From contig JADGBW010000004.1 of the NCBI GenBank assembly GCA_015231305.1, forward strand, positions 1,314-65,313: a DNA stretch of 64,000 nucleotides. The letters are read 5' to 3'. The number at the start of each line of letters is the position of its first letter. The stretch's first letter is position 1. The DNA comes from Magnetococcales bacterium (GTDB lineage Bacteria > Pseudomonadota > Magnetococcia > Magnetococcales > JADFYX01). Of the stretch, positions 56,095 to 64,000 are shown in pieces. The notes under the pieces are model-generated. The model did no database searches. It had not been told where the DNA came from and saw nothing but the letters and a program-made list of their open reading frames with translations. A program made the position numbers and the translations under genes.

Positions 56095-57357
56095 TTATTT
56101 CCGGTTTAATTCAAATAGTTTTTGCACTGCATCAACGTAGAGCCAGCTATCTTCTTCGCTTGCAATGCTGTTTAAATTTTTGAGTGGTTGGTGCAGAATT
56201 TTATTAACCAACAGCCTGGCAAATTTCTCCATTTTTTCCTGCTCTTGAGGTGAGAGGTCCGGCAGTGTTTTTTGCAATTTTTTTAGTTCTTGGTCGCGTA
56301 TGGCCTCAATTTTTTCTTTAAGAGCGATAACTGTAGGTACTACAGCTAAACTTTTATGCCATTGAACAAAAATAGGGGACTCCTGATCGATTATCTTCTG
56401 TGCTGCGCTTACTTCTCGTCCCCTATCTCCCATATTATCTTCTACTATCTGTTTTAAATCATCAATATCATAAAGAAAAGCGTTAGATACCTTTGCAATT
56501 TCATGGTCTAAATCTCGAGGTACAGCAATATCTATATAAAACTGTGGTCGTTGGCGTCTCTGTTTTAATGCTGCTTTAACCATATCTGCTTCTACCATTA
56601 ACTCTTCAGCTCCTGTTGAAGATAAAATGATATCTGCCCTTGGTAGCTGCTCATTAAGTTGACTTAAAGCAAACCCTTCACCTGAAAACTGTTCGGCTAG
56701 TTTTTTTGCGTTCTCTAGGGTGCGATTGACTACAATTATTTTTACCCCTTGTGATGATAGATGCTGGGCTGCTAATTCGCACATCTCACCTGCTCCGATT
56801 AACAAACAGGTGTGATCCTCTAATTTTCCAAATATGCGCCGGGCAAGGTTAACCGCAACAGAGGCTATGGATACTGGGTTTTTGGCAATTCCAGTTTCGG
56901 TTCTTATTTTTTTAGCCACCTTAAACATACGCTGAAATAGTTTGTTTAGGATTGTGCCGGTGGTTTTTGTATCTGTTGCAGTTTGAAAAGCCTGCTTAAG
57001 CTGGCCTAAAATCTGTGCTTCTCCTACCACGAGTGAGTCTAGACTAGCAGCTACTCTAAAGCCGTGGTTAACTGCTTGTTCTTCTTGATATGTATAGAGA
57101 TAAGGAGTTAAATTTTCTAATTTAATATTTTGGCTTTGGGCTAGCCACTGCTGTGTGGCTGTAATTGCAATATCTTGGTTTTCACAGACAAAATATATTT
57201 CAAAACGATTACAAGTAGATAGTAAAACAGCCTCTAAAATTGGCTCCAGAGTTACTAATTCCGTAAGTTGTTGTTCTAACGAATTACCAGTGGCTACCTG
57301 TTCACGCAAGGAGACAGGAGCAGTTTTGTGGCTCAAGCCAACGACTATGATTTTCAT
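56095..57357 (-). CDS. hemA: glutamyl-tRNA reductase
   Basis: 420 aa. It has the active-site Cys motif [10 protein letters not shown] and the NADPH-binding motif LIGAGEMCE. Confidence 0.95.
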   Translation of the reverse strand: MKIIVVGLSHKTAPVSLREQVATGNSLEQQLTELVTLEPILEAVLLSTCNRFEIYFVCENQDIAITATQQWLAQSQNIKLENLTPYLYTYQEEQAVNHGFRVAASLDSLVVGEAQILGQLKQAFQTATDTKTTGTILNKLFQRMFKVAKKIRTETGIAKNPVSIASVAVNLARRIFGKLEDHTCLLIGAGEMCELAAQHLSSQGVKIIVVNRTLENAKKLAEQFSGEGFALSQLNEQLPRADIILSSTGAEELMVEADMVKAALKQRRQRPQFYIDIAVPRDLDHEIAKVSNAFLYDIDDLKQIVEDNMGDRGREVSAAQKIIDQESPIFVQWHKSLAVVPTVIALKEKIEAIRDQELKKLQKTLPDLSPQEQEKMEKFARLLVNKILHQPLKNLNSIASEEDSWLYVDAVQKLFELNRK

Positions 57358-57360
57358 TGT

Positions 57361-57714
57361 TTAAGAGAGGATATCTATTTCCAACTGTCTTAAGATTGCA
57401 TCTATTATTAATAAAATAACTGAAACAATATTTGCAACTACCGCTCCCCAAGCCAGCCCTGTTGCCATTGCAGCATCTTGAAGATAATAAAATGCCCACA
57501 AAGCAGGAATAAGATGAAAATCTGCTGCCATACTAGCAGCCATGGTCATGGCTCCAGTAGTGCGTCTTGCCCCTAGCTTCAGTGTTGTTGCTATAACATT
57601 CATACTAACGGCAATTATTAACTCATAGCCATCGTTAGAGTGGGAAAGATAGCTGACAGTTGTTGTCAATGCCATCATAAGAAAAAAAGTGGTCCAAACC
57701 ATGCGCCATTCCAT
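57361..57714 (-). CDS. hypothetical small integral membrane protein
   Basis: 117 aa with 3-4 hydrophobic helices. It ends 3 nt before the hemA start codon. Confidence 0.5.
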   Translation of the reverse strand: MEWRMVWTTFFLMMALTTTVSYLSHSNDGYELIIAVSMNVIATTLKLGARRTTGAMTMAASMAADFHLIPALWAFYYLQDAAMATGLAWGAVVANIVSVILLIIDAILRQLEIDILS

Positions 57715-57926
57715 AGGACACCTCTTAGTAAATTGTCACAGGGTATTGGAAAAATAAATTATACATTTTGCCTTTTTTATATCGTTAAAATCCATAAAAT
57801 ATACACAAAATAAGCCTTGTCTATATTTATATGTTTAATTAATAATAAAAAATAGCTGCAATTTAATGTATATTAGTTTCTCCGCCCCTAATTGTTATGT
57901 TTTAAAGTTATCAATTTACCAGCAGT

Positions 57927-59021
57927 TTATTGATCTTCATCTGCTGGATCTTTTTTAGAACCTGGATGCAAATATTCTGGTAGCATGCCTAGTTGAGCTA
58001 GAGTCCCCATTATCAACACCCGGTCTCCTGCATGAATATGCATATCTGGGTTAGGCATTAAAATCAAACGGCGTCTATTACGACGTTGAATACCCAAAAT
58101 ATGCGCGCCTATATCACGACGTATATTTGTCTCCCTAATGGAGAGACCCTCAAGGGTAGAACCTTTACCAATCGTAATATCACGTATATCTAGATTTAAA
58201 AATTCTCCAAAGGCAATCCGGTCCAAAAAGCTGCTCTCTCCTTCACCTGATGGGTGAATTGCCATGGCAGATATACGTTGCCCAATTAATTCATTGGGTA
58301 AAATTACCGTTGTTGCGCCAACTTTATGTAGCTTTTCTCTAGACTCTTGATGTCCAGCAACTGTTATGATGATGATTGATTTTTTGATCTCTTCTTCAAG
58401 AATTTTCCCCGTAACCACCACTGTAATATTGTCTGAATCATCATTGAAAGCAGCGACAATACCACGAGCTTGGATAATATTTGCCCGGCGAAAACTGTCA
58501 TTTAAAAAGGGATTTAAAGGGAGAATTTCAACAATACCATCTTCATTGGCCTGAATAACCCGGTTGGGGTCATCATCTATTACTACATAGGGTATTCCCT
58601 GGCGTAACAGGCTTCTAACCACTTGTCGAGTGATGTCAGTATAACCAGCAATTATAAAATGATTTTTAAACTTTCTGGCTCTATTCTCCATAAATGTATC
58701 TCGAATTTTCCCCAGTAGATCATGACTAATAACAACGTTAATGGAGACAGCGATAGCATAAGACCAAACACCAACTCCACCCAAAATTAAAACGATTACA
58801 AACAGTCGCCCAGATTGGGAAATTGGATGTGTCTCTTGATAGCCCACAGTTGTTAATGTAAACACAGTCTGATACACAGCATCCAAGAAGGGATAATCAT
58901 CAATGATCATGAATCCCAATATGCCGATTGTATTGACTAAGATCAGAGCGATTATTGGAGCCTGAAACCGTTCCAGAATATCACTTAGATCGTGACGGCG
59001 TTTTATAAAACGGTTTTGCAG
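57927..59021 (-). CDS. 2-TM K+-channel-like protein with RCK (TrkA-N + TrkA-C) domains; non-canonical filter and probable CTG start
   Basis: The track ORF (57927-58919, TTG start) lacks TM1. The frame stays open upstream to a TAA at 59025-59027 and encodes LQNRFIKRRHDLSDILERFQAPIIALILVNTIGILGFMII (TM1). The only plausible initiator is the CTG at 59021, with GGGAG 7 nt upstream. The pore reads FTLTTVGYQETHP, that is GYQ instead of GYG. The RCK Rossmann motif is HFIIAGYTDITRQV. Confidence 0.75.
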   Translation of the reverse strand: MQNRFIKRRHDLSDILERFQAPIIALILVNTIGILGFMIIDDYPFLDAVYQTVFTLTTVGYQETHPISQSGRLFVIVLILGGVGVWSYAIAVSINVVISHDLLGKIRDTFMENRARKFKNHFIIAGYTDITRQVVRSLLRQGIPYVVIDDDPNRVIQANEDGIVEILPLNPFLNDSFRRANIIQARGIVAAFNDDSDNITVVVTGKILEEEIKKSIIIITVAGHQESREKLHKVGATTVILPNELIGQRISAMAIHPSGEGESSFLDRIAFGEFLNLDIRDITIGKGSTLEGLSIRETNIRRDIGAHILGIQRRNRRRLILMPNPDMHIHAGDRVLIMGTLAQLGMLPEYLHPGSKKDPADEDQ

Positions 59022-59231
59022 TGTTTAACTCCCTAGTGATGCTTGTTAAGGAAATAACTACCAAATTTTCTCTTAATTATAATACAATATTACCAGTATT
59101 TGTGAGCTTATCTGAGATTTCAATTGATACAACAAAATTACATGCAAGCTTGCACTAACAGTAAAACATTAAAAATATTTATAGTGCTCTTATAAGTAAA
59201 AAAAGCCCCTCTAAAACCAGTATTACAACAA

Positions 59232-59295
59232 TCCCATGTAGGCGGGAATCCAGAGAGTTCAATTTTTCTCTCTAAATTCCCACTTGAGGGAATAA
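59232..59295. repeat. REP-like composite repeat, family A, copy 2
   Basis: It reads cccatgtaggcgggaatccagagagttc...aaattcccacttgagggaataat. The exact 17-mer gggaatccagagagttc (59244-59260) is shared with copy 1. Confidence 0.75.
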
Positions 59296-59385
59296 TATGT
59301 ATTTTTTTTATATACAGTATTTATTATATAGCTATTATACTTTTGTTTGCTAAAAGCAAAGCGTATATATAATCTGCTATTTTTG

Positions 59386-60990
59386 TTAAAGCTGTGGTCC
59401 CGCTGCTACCAAAGCCTTACCTTCTGCGTTATCAGTATATTGAGCAAAATTATCAACAAACATCTGTGCTAGTTTCTTGCCTTTAGTTTCCCACTCGTCT
59501 CGGTTTTCATAAGTATCACGAGGATCAAGAATAGAGCTATCTACACCTGGAAGAGAGGTCGGTACACAAAGGTTAAATAGTGGAATCTCTTTAGTTGGAG
59601 CCTGATCAATGGAGCCATCTAAAATTGCGTCGATTATTCTACGAGTATCTTGGATAGATATTCTTTTTCCTGTTCCATTCCATCCAGTATTAACCAGATA
59701 AGCAGTAGCCCCAACTGATTCCATACGTTTTATTAGCTCTACTCCGTACTTTGTTGGGTGCAGTGTTAAAAATGCTGCGCCAAAACAGGCTGAGAAAGTA
59801 GGGGTTGGTTCAGTAACTCCCCGTTCAGTTCCTGCAAGTTTTGCAGTAAAGCCTGAGAGAAAATGGTATTTAGTCTGCTCAGGGGTTAGTTTAGATACTG
59901 GAGGTATTACTCCATAAGCGTCAGCTGTTAAAAATATGACCTTTGATGCGTGTCCAGCTTTCGAAGGAGAAGGCACGCTGTTTTCAATATGGTGAATTGG
60001 ATACGATACACGAGTATTTTGGGTTACTGAGGAGTCTGTATAGTCAATTTTACCATTTGCATCTACTGTTACATTCTCCAGAAGAGCATCACGTCGAATA
60101 GCTTTATAGATGTCAGGCTCTGCTACTGGGTCCATGTTTATGGTTTTTGCGTAACAGCCACCTTCAAAGTTAAATATACCATCATCGTCCCAACCATGCT
60201 CGTCATCACCAATTAATTTACGTTTAGGATCAGTAGAAAGAGTGGTTTTTCCAGTGCCAGACAGGCCGAAGAAGATTGCTGTATCACCATCGTTACCTAC
60301 ATTGGCAGAGCAATGCATTGCTGCCATGCCACCCAAAGGCAGGTAGTAGTTCATGAGAGAGAACAGACCTTTTTTCATCTCTCCGCCATACCAAGTGCCA
60401 CCAATTATTTGCATTTTTTCGGTTAGGTTAAACGCTGAGAAGTTCTCAGAGTTTAGGCCCAGCTCTTTATAGTCACTATTGCTAGTTTTAGAGCCATTCA
60501 TAACTACAAAGTCTGGTTCACCAAAATTTTTCAACTGTTCAGGTGTTGGTGTGATGAACATATTGGTTACAAAATGGGCCTGCCATGCCACTTCAACAAT
60601 AAAGCGAACTTTTAAACGGCTAGTATCATTTGCACCACAAAATGCATCTACTACAAAAAGCCGTTTGTTGGATAGCTGGTTGACCACTAAACCTTTACAG
60701 TGTTGCCACTGTTTTTGGTTCATAGGTTTGTTGTCAGAACGATTATCAGCTTCCCACCACCAAACAGTATCTTTGCTGATTGCATCCTCAACAATATATT
60801 TATCTTTGGGAGAACGGCCTGTAAAAATGCCAGTCATGACATTAACTGCGCCATTCTCAGTTACAACTCCTTTTTCATAACCCTCTAAACCTGCTTTGGT
60901 CTCCTCGGCAAATAGCTCCGGGTAAGACGGGTTGTGAATAATTTCAGTAACTCCAACAATATTATATTTTTCAAGTTCTTGAGGCTGCAT
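59386..60990 (-). CDS. pckA: phosphoenolpyruvate carboxykinase (ATP)
   Basis: 534 aa. It has the kinase-1a motif [13 protein letters not shown], plus IGDDEHGW and the PCK-specific domain blocks. Confidence 0.97.
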   Translation of the reverse strand: MQPQELEKYNIVGVTEIIHNPSYPELFAEETKAGLEGYEKGVVTENGAVNVMTGIFTGRSPKDKYIVEDAISKDTVWWWEADNRSDNKPMNQKQWQHCKGLVVNQLSNKRLFVVDAFCGANDTSRLKVRFIVEVAWQAHFVTNMFITPTPEQLKNFGEPDFVVMNGSKTSNSDYKELGLNSENFSAFNLTEKMQIIGGTWYGGEMKKGLFSLMNYYLPLGGMAAMHCSANVGNDGDTAIFFGLSGTGKTTLSTDPKRKLIGDDEHGWDDDGIFNFEGGCYAKTINMDPVAEPDIYKAIRRDALLENVTVDANGKIDYTDSSVTQNTRVSYPIHHIENSVPSPSKAGHASKVIFLTADAYGVIPPVSKLTPEQTKYHFLSGFTAKLAGTERGVTEPTPTFSACFGAAFLTLHPTKYGVELIKRMESVGATAYLVNTGWNGTGKRISIQDTRRIIDAILDGSIDQAPTKEIPLFNLCVPTSLPGVDSSILDPRDTYENRDEWETKGKKLAQMFVDNFAQYTDNAEGKALVAAGPQL

Positions 60991-61041
60991 AGCTTATTCC
61001 TATCTTAATGTTTGTCTATACTTTTTTATTTGTCAGTTTAA

Positions 61042-62331
61042 TTATTTTTTTATGCTCTCCTGGGTTAAATAGACCCTTGCTCTTATCTTACTATCTTCTA
61101 CTGCTGGTTGATCATAAGCATCAACTCCTAAAAATTCCGCCATAATGACCGTCTCTGATTCTAACAGGATGATCATCTCACCGAAAGCAAATGCATCTCC
61201 TGTTGCAATATTAAATGTTCTTACCGGTAACTTGCGGTTTATAAGAGCATCTCTAGTACCTAGAAATTCTGCCTTAAATAACTCTCCCGTACTACGACCA
61301 ATAAGTGGTGTAACTGACTTTAATTTCTTAAAATTTTTACTTAGTTTTTTAGAAATTTTTCTACCTGAATTAGTGCTTTTAGGATCAAACAAAAAGGTAA
61401 ACTGTTTATCACTAGGGCCATCAAGGTAAAGTTGTAGTTGTGAGTGTTGGTCTGTTACGCCACGTGCAGCAACAGGGGTTAAGCCATGGGGTTTGCCCTC
61501 AACATCGGTTTTACCAAGACTCTCCCCTAATAGTTGGCTCTGCCATGCTGCGACTCGGTCTAGTTTTTGTCCATAACTCATATAAACACTGATATTTTTG
61601 GCTTTTTTATTCATTAAATATTGGCTGGCTGCCCCACGCAATGCCGGGTTAGTTTCAAAATCTGCCAATAAACATTTTTTCAGCATAAATTTTGCGCCGT
61701 CAAGAAGCTCAGCTATATCAGCTCCCGCTACAGCAGCTGGTAGAAGGCCAACAACTGATAAGGCAGAAAAACGCCCACCAACTGCTGGATGATCAATAAT
61801 CGGTATGTTAAGGATTTTGGCAATTTTACCAATATCACTCTTACGATTTTCTGTGATAATCGCAACATGCTGATTAAAATCTGAACCTAAACGGTTTTGC
61901 AAAGCGGGCAGGGTAGTTAAAAACTGGCTTAAGGTTTCGGCTGTTCCTCCAGACTTACTAACTACCAGCAAAAATGTTTTGCGCCAATCTACCTTGTTAA
62001 GGTTAGAAAGTGTATTAGGGTCAACATTATCGTAAAATTTTACCGGAAGGCCACCTTTGGTTTTTAAGCCATTGACCAACATTTCCCCACCTAAAGAGCT
62101 ACCGCCTATTCCAAATACTATAAGCTGATTGGCTCTCTTACAGATTTTTTTACGCCATTTTTGTACAGTTTTTAGGATGTTTTTATCTGTAGGTAAGGTC
62201 ATAAAAGGGGGCATACTGCCCATATTCCAATATTTAATACGACCTTTAACAAGGTTTAAAAGCTCAGCATCTTTCTGGATATCTGCCGTAGCAAAGCCAC
62301 TATCTTCTATTTGAAGCCCTAGTTTACTCAT
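61042..62331 (-). CDS. pgi: glucose-6-phosphate isomerase (short bacterial type)
   Basis: 429 aa. The SIS-domain motifs are FGIGGSSLGGEM and VVSKSGGTAET, followed by DQHSQLQLYLDGP. Confidence 0.9.
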   Translation of the reverse strand: MSKLGLQIEDSGFATADIQKDAELLNLVKGRIKYWNMGSMPPFMTLPTDKNILKTVQKWRKKICKRANQLIVFGIGGSSLGGEMLVNGLKTKGGLPVKFYDNVDPNTLSNLNKVDWRKTFLLVVSKSGGTAETLSQFLTTLPALQNRLGSDFNQHVAIITENRKSDIGKIAKILNIPIIDHPAVGGRFSALSVVGLLPAAVAGADIAELLDGAKFMLKKCLLADFETNPALRGAASQYLMNKKAKNISVYMSYGQKLDRVAAWQSQLLGESLGKTDVEGKPHGLTPVAARGVTDQHSQLQLYLDGPSDKQFTFLFDPKSTNSGRKISKKLSKNFKKLKSVTPLIGRSTGELFKAEFLGTRDALINRKLPVRTFNIATGDAFAFGEMIILLESETVIMAEFLGVDAYDQPAVEDSKIRARVYLTQESIKK

Positions 62332-62343
62332 GATTATACCCCC

Positions 62344-63363
62344 TTACTTTTTCTTGGGCAGACGTGTGAGAGGGTTGAGTGGTTTAACTCTTTGGCGGAT
62401 TTCAAAATGCAGCCTTGGGGTGGTTGCATGGCCTGATTGCCCAGCTAAAGCTATACGCTCTCCAGCTTTTATAGGCTGTCCACGGCGAACAAGAATTTGA
62501 TTTATGTAGCCGTAGGCTGTCATGTAGGAGCCACCATGACGTAATAGGATCATTTTACCATAACCTGGCAACCCAGAGTCAGCATAGGCAACAATACCAT
62601 CAGCGGCAGCTCTAACGGGATCACCCACTCTAACTGCTATGTCAATACCGTTATTGCGCTGTTGACCACGACGGCCAAAACGGTTAATAATTTTGCCTTT
62701 GTGTGGCCATGACCACTTTTTAGGTGGGTATTTTGGTAGTTTCCAGGTTTTAAATTTGCTTTTTTTCGCAGCAACTCTTTTTTTCGCTTTTTCTACTTTT
62801 ATTGGTTTTTTGGCGACCTCTTTTTTTTGAGGTTTTGCTATTTTTGCCATAGTAATGGCTTTTTGTCGTATAGGCTGCTCTATTTTTACAAATGGTTTGT
62901 CTGCAATTTTTATTTTTTTAATATTTTTTGCTAGCTGCAATTGTTTGTCAGGGACAATTGACTCTGCTATTACCTCTGCTTTTTTAACTACAACTGGTTT
63001 TTCAGTTATCTTAACCTTTTTAGGTGCAACTAATTGTAGCTTCTGCCCAATACGTAGCTCATCACTGTTTTCAATGTTGTTCCACTTTGCGAGCTTTTCT
63101 AGTTCGACACCGTGTACAGCAGCAATTGCCCACAGGGTATCTCCTGCGTGCACCACGTAGACGTTGCTTTTAGATTTACCGATATACTCATCAGCTTCTG
63201 TCCCAGCCCCTACACCCCAAGCCAAAGGAGGTCCACTAGCTATGCGCACCTTGGGTATAGTTTTATTGTCAGCACTTTTGTAGCAACCAGAAGTTCCCAC
63301 AGCTAACAATAATGGTAGCAACAGATATATATGGTGTATCCGAAATTTGGCAAACATAGTCAC
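62344..63363 (-). CDS. nlpD: LysM + M23 peptidase lipoprotein (NlpD-like murein hydrolase activator)
   Basis: 339 aa. It has a lipobox (LLAVGTSGC) and a LysM domain (YVVHAGDTLWAIAAVHGVELEKLAKWNNI). The M23 domain reads GIDIAV..GDPVRAAADGIVAYA...HGGSYMTAYGY...GQSGHATTPRLHFEIR. Confidence 0.85.
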   Translation of the reverse strand: MTMFAKFRIHHIYLLLPLLLAVGTSGCYKSADNKTIPKVRIASGPPLAWGVGAGTEADEYIGKSKSNVYVVHAGDTLWAIAAVHGVELEKLAKWNNIENSDELRIGQKLQLVAPKKVKITEKPVVVKKAEVIAESIVPDKQLQLAKNIKKIKIADKPFVKIEQPIRQKAITMAKIAKPQKKEVAKKPIKVEKAKKRVAAKKSKFKTWKLPKYPPKKWSWPHKGKIINRFGRRGQQRNNGIDIAVRVGDPVRAAADGIVAYADSGLPGYGKMILLRHGGSYMTAYGYINQILVRRGQPIKAGERIALAGQSGHATTPRLHFEIRQRVKPLNPLTRLPKKK

Positions 63364-63942
63364 TTAAATCAATCTTATTAATGTAAAAGCTACAATAGCT
63401 AGAAGTAAAATACCTACGGTTAACAACTCTAAATGCTTCTCAACTAAAAGCCTTAACCGCTCTCCACCCCATTTTAAAAGAGCAGCCACTAGAAAAAAAC
63501 GAGCTCCGCGAGATAATATTGAGACTATAAAAAATATGGCGAAGTTAGAGCCAAAGAGTCCCGCGCAGATCGTAAAAAGTTTATATGGTATAGGAGAAAA
63601 CCCAGCAATAGCAATAATCCATACATCATACTGGCGAAAAAGCTCTCCTAGATGTTCAAAACGGTCAGTTGCTCCATAAAATTGAATTATTGGTTCGCCG
63701 ATTATAGGCATAAATTCCTGCCCAATCAAATAACCAAATGCACCTCCAATAGCTGAGCCTATTGTACAGACAGTCGCAAACCAAAATCCCTTTAATGGTT
63801 TTGCTAAAACCATAGGAATTAGAAGGACATCAGGGGGAATAGGAAAAAAAGAGGATTCGGCAAGAGCCACAAAAAAAAGCGCGATAGCAGCATTAGGAGA
63901 GGCTGCCAGATCCATTGTCCATTGGTATAAACGTCTGATCAT
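63364..63942 (-). CDS. DedA/YqaA (SNARE-associated) family membrane protein
   Basis: 192 aa. It is polytopic, with the N-terminal motif ALAESSFFPIPPDVLL typical of the family. Confidence 0.8.
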   Translation of the reverse strand: MIRRLYQWTMDLAASPNAAIALFFVALAESSFFPIPPDVLLIPMVLAKPLKGFWFATVCTIGSAIGGAFGYLIGQEFMPIIGEPIIQFYGATDRFEHLGELFRQYDVWIIAIAGFSPIPYKLFTICAGLFGSNFAIFFIVSILSRGARFFLVAALLKWGGERLRLLVEKHLELLTVGILLLAIVAFTLIRLI

Positions 63943-64000
63943 CAGGTTTCAGCCCAGCCTTTAGCTCCAACTAACGGTACAAAACGACACATCTCTAAAA
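63942..64000 (-). CDS. pcm: 3' end of a gene running off the right edge; probably protein-L-isoaspartate O-methyltransferase
   Basis: My own translation gives ...LEMCRFVPLVGAKGWAET*. The stop TGA (63942-63944) overlaps the DedA ATG by one nucleotide. The motif (V/C)RFVPLxG resembles the Pcm C-terminus, and pcm precedes nlpD in many proteobacteria. Only 19 codons are visible. Confidence 0.4.
   Translation of the reverse strand, partial: LEMCRFVPLVGAKGWAET

Noticed and set aside
57302-57499. 65-aa minus-strand ORF bridging hemA and the upstream membrane-protein gene.
   Set aside because: It is out of frame with both well-supported ORFs and is Cys/Asn/Arg-rich, so it is spurious.

Overview
This is a 64-kb stretch of a moderately AT-rich proteobacterial chromosome. 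I found no rRNA, tRNA, CRISPR array, transposase or integrase. The taxonomic call is inference only, from gene order (hemA-prfA, pcm-dedA-nlpD, petABC) and from short REP-like palindromic repeats.

The backbone is housekeeping: serA, thiD, ftsY, slt, dnaQ, plant-type gshA, argB, the cytochrome bc1 operon petABC, trmL, prfA, hemA, pckA, pgi and nlpD. There is also signalling and transport: a GAF hybrid histidine kinase, a cNMP-hemerythrin fusion, two RCK-gated K+ channels, and TauE and AEC transporters.

The unusual parts are:
1. A co-directional cluster at 18.9-24.3 kb. It holds a membrane GT2, an atypical 553-aa radical-SAM protein, a 62-aa ORF and two tandem paralogs with an alarmone-synthetase (RelA/SpoT) fold whose catalytic motifs are degenerate. 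This is my best candidate for an undescribed system.
2. A 1422-aa protein that fuses about 900 aa of unrecognisable sequence to only the ATP-grasp and phospho-His swivel domains of pyruvate phosphate dikinase. It converges on an FHA-metallophosphatase gene.
3. A 1234-aa orphan membrane/coiled-coil protein.
4. Two visibly AT-richer islets. One (25.2-27.4 kb) carries a STAS-like DUF4325 gene. The other (52.6-55.0 kb) carries an H-NS-like gene and three small ORFs.
5. A decayed HEPN/MNT toxin-antitoxin pair.
6. A disordered protein with nested tandem repeats.
7. Three families of REP-like intergenic repeats.

All functional calls rest on motif recognition by eye in the supplied translations and in my own translations. 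No database search was run.
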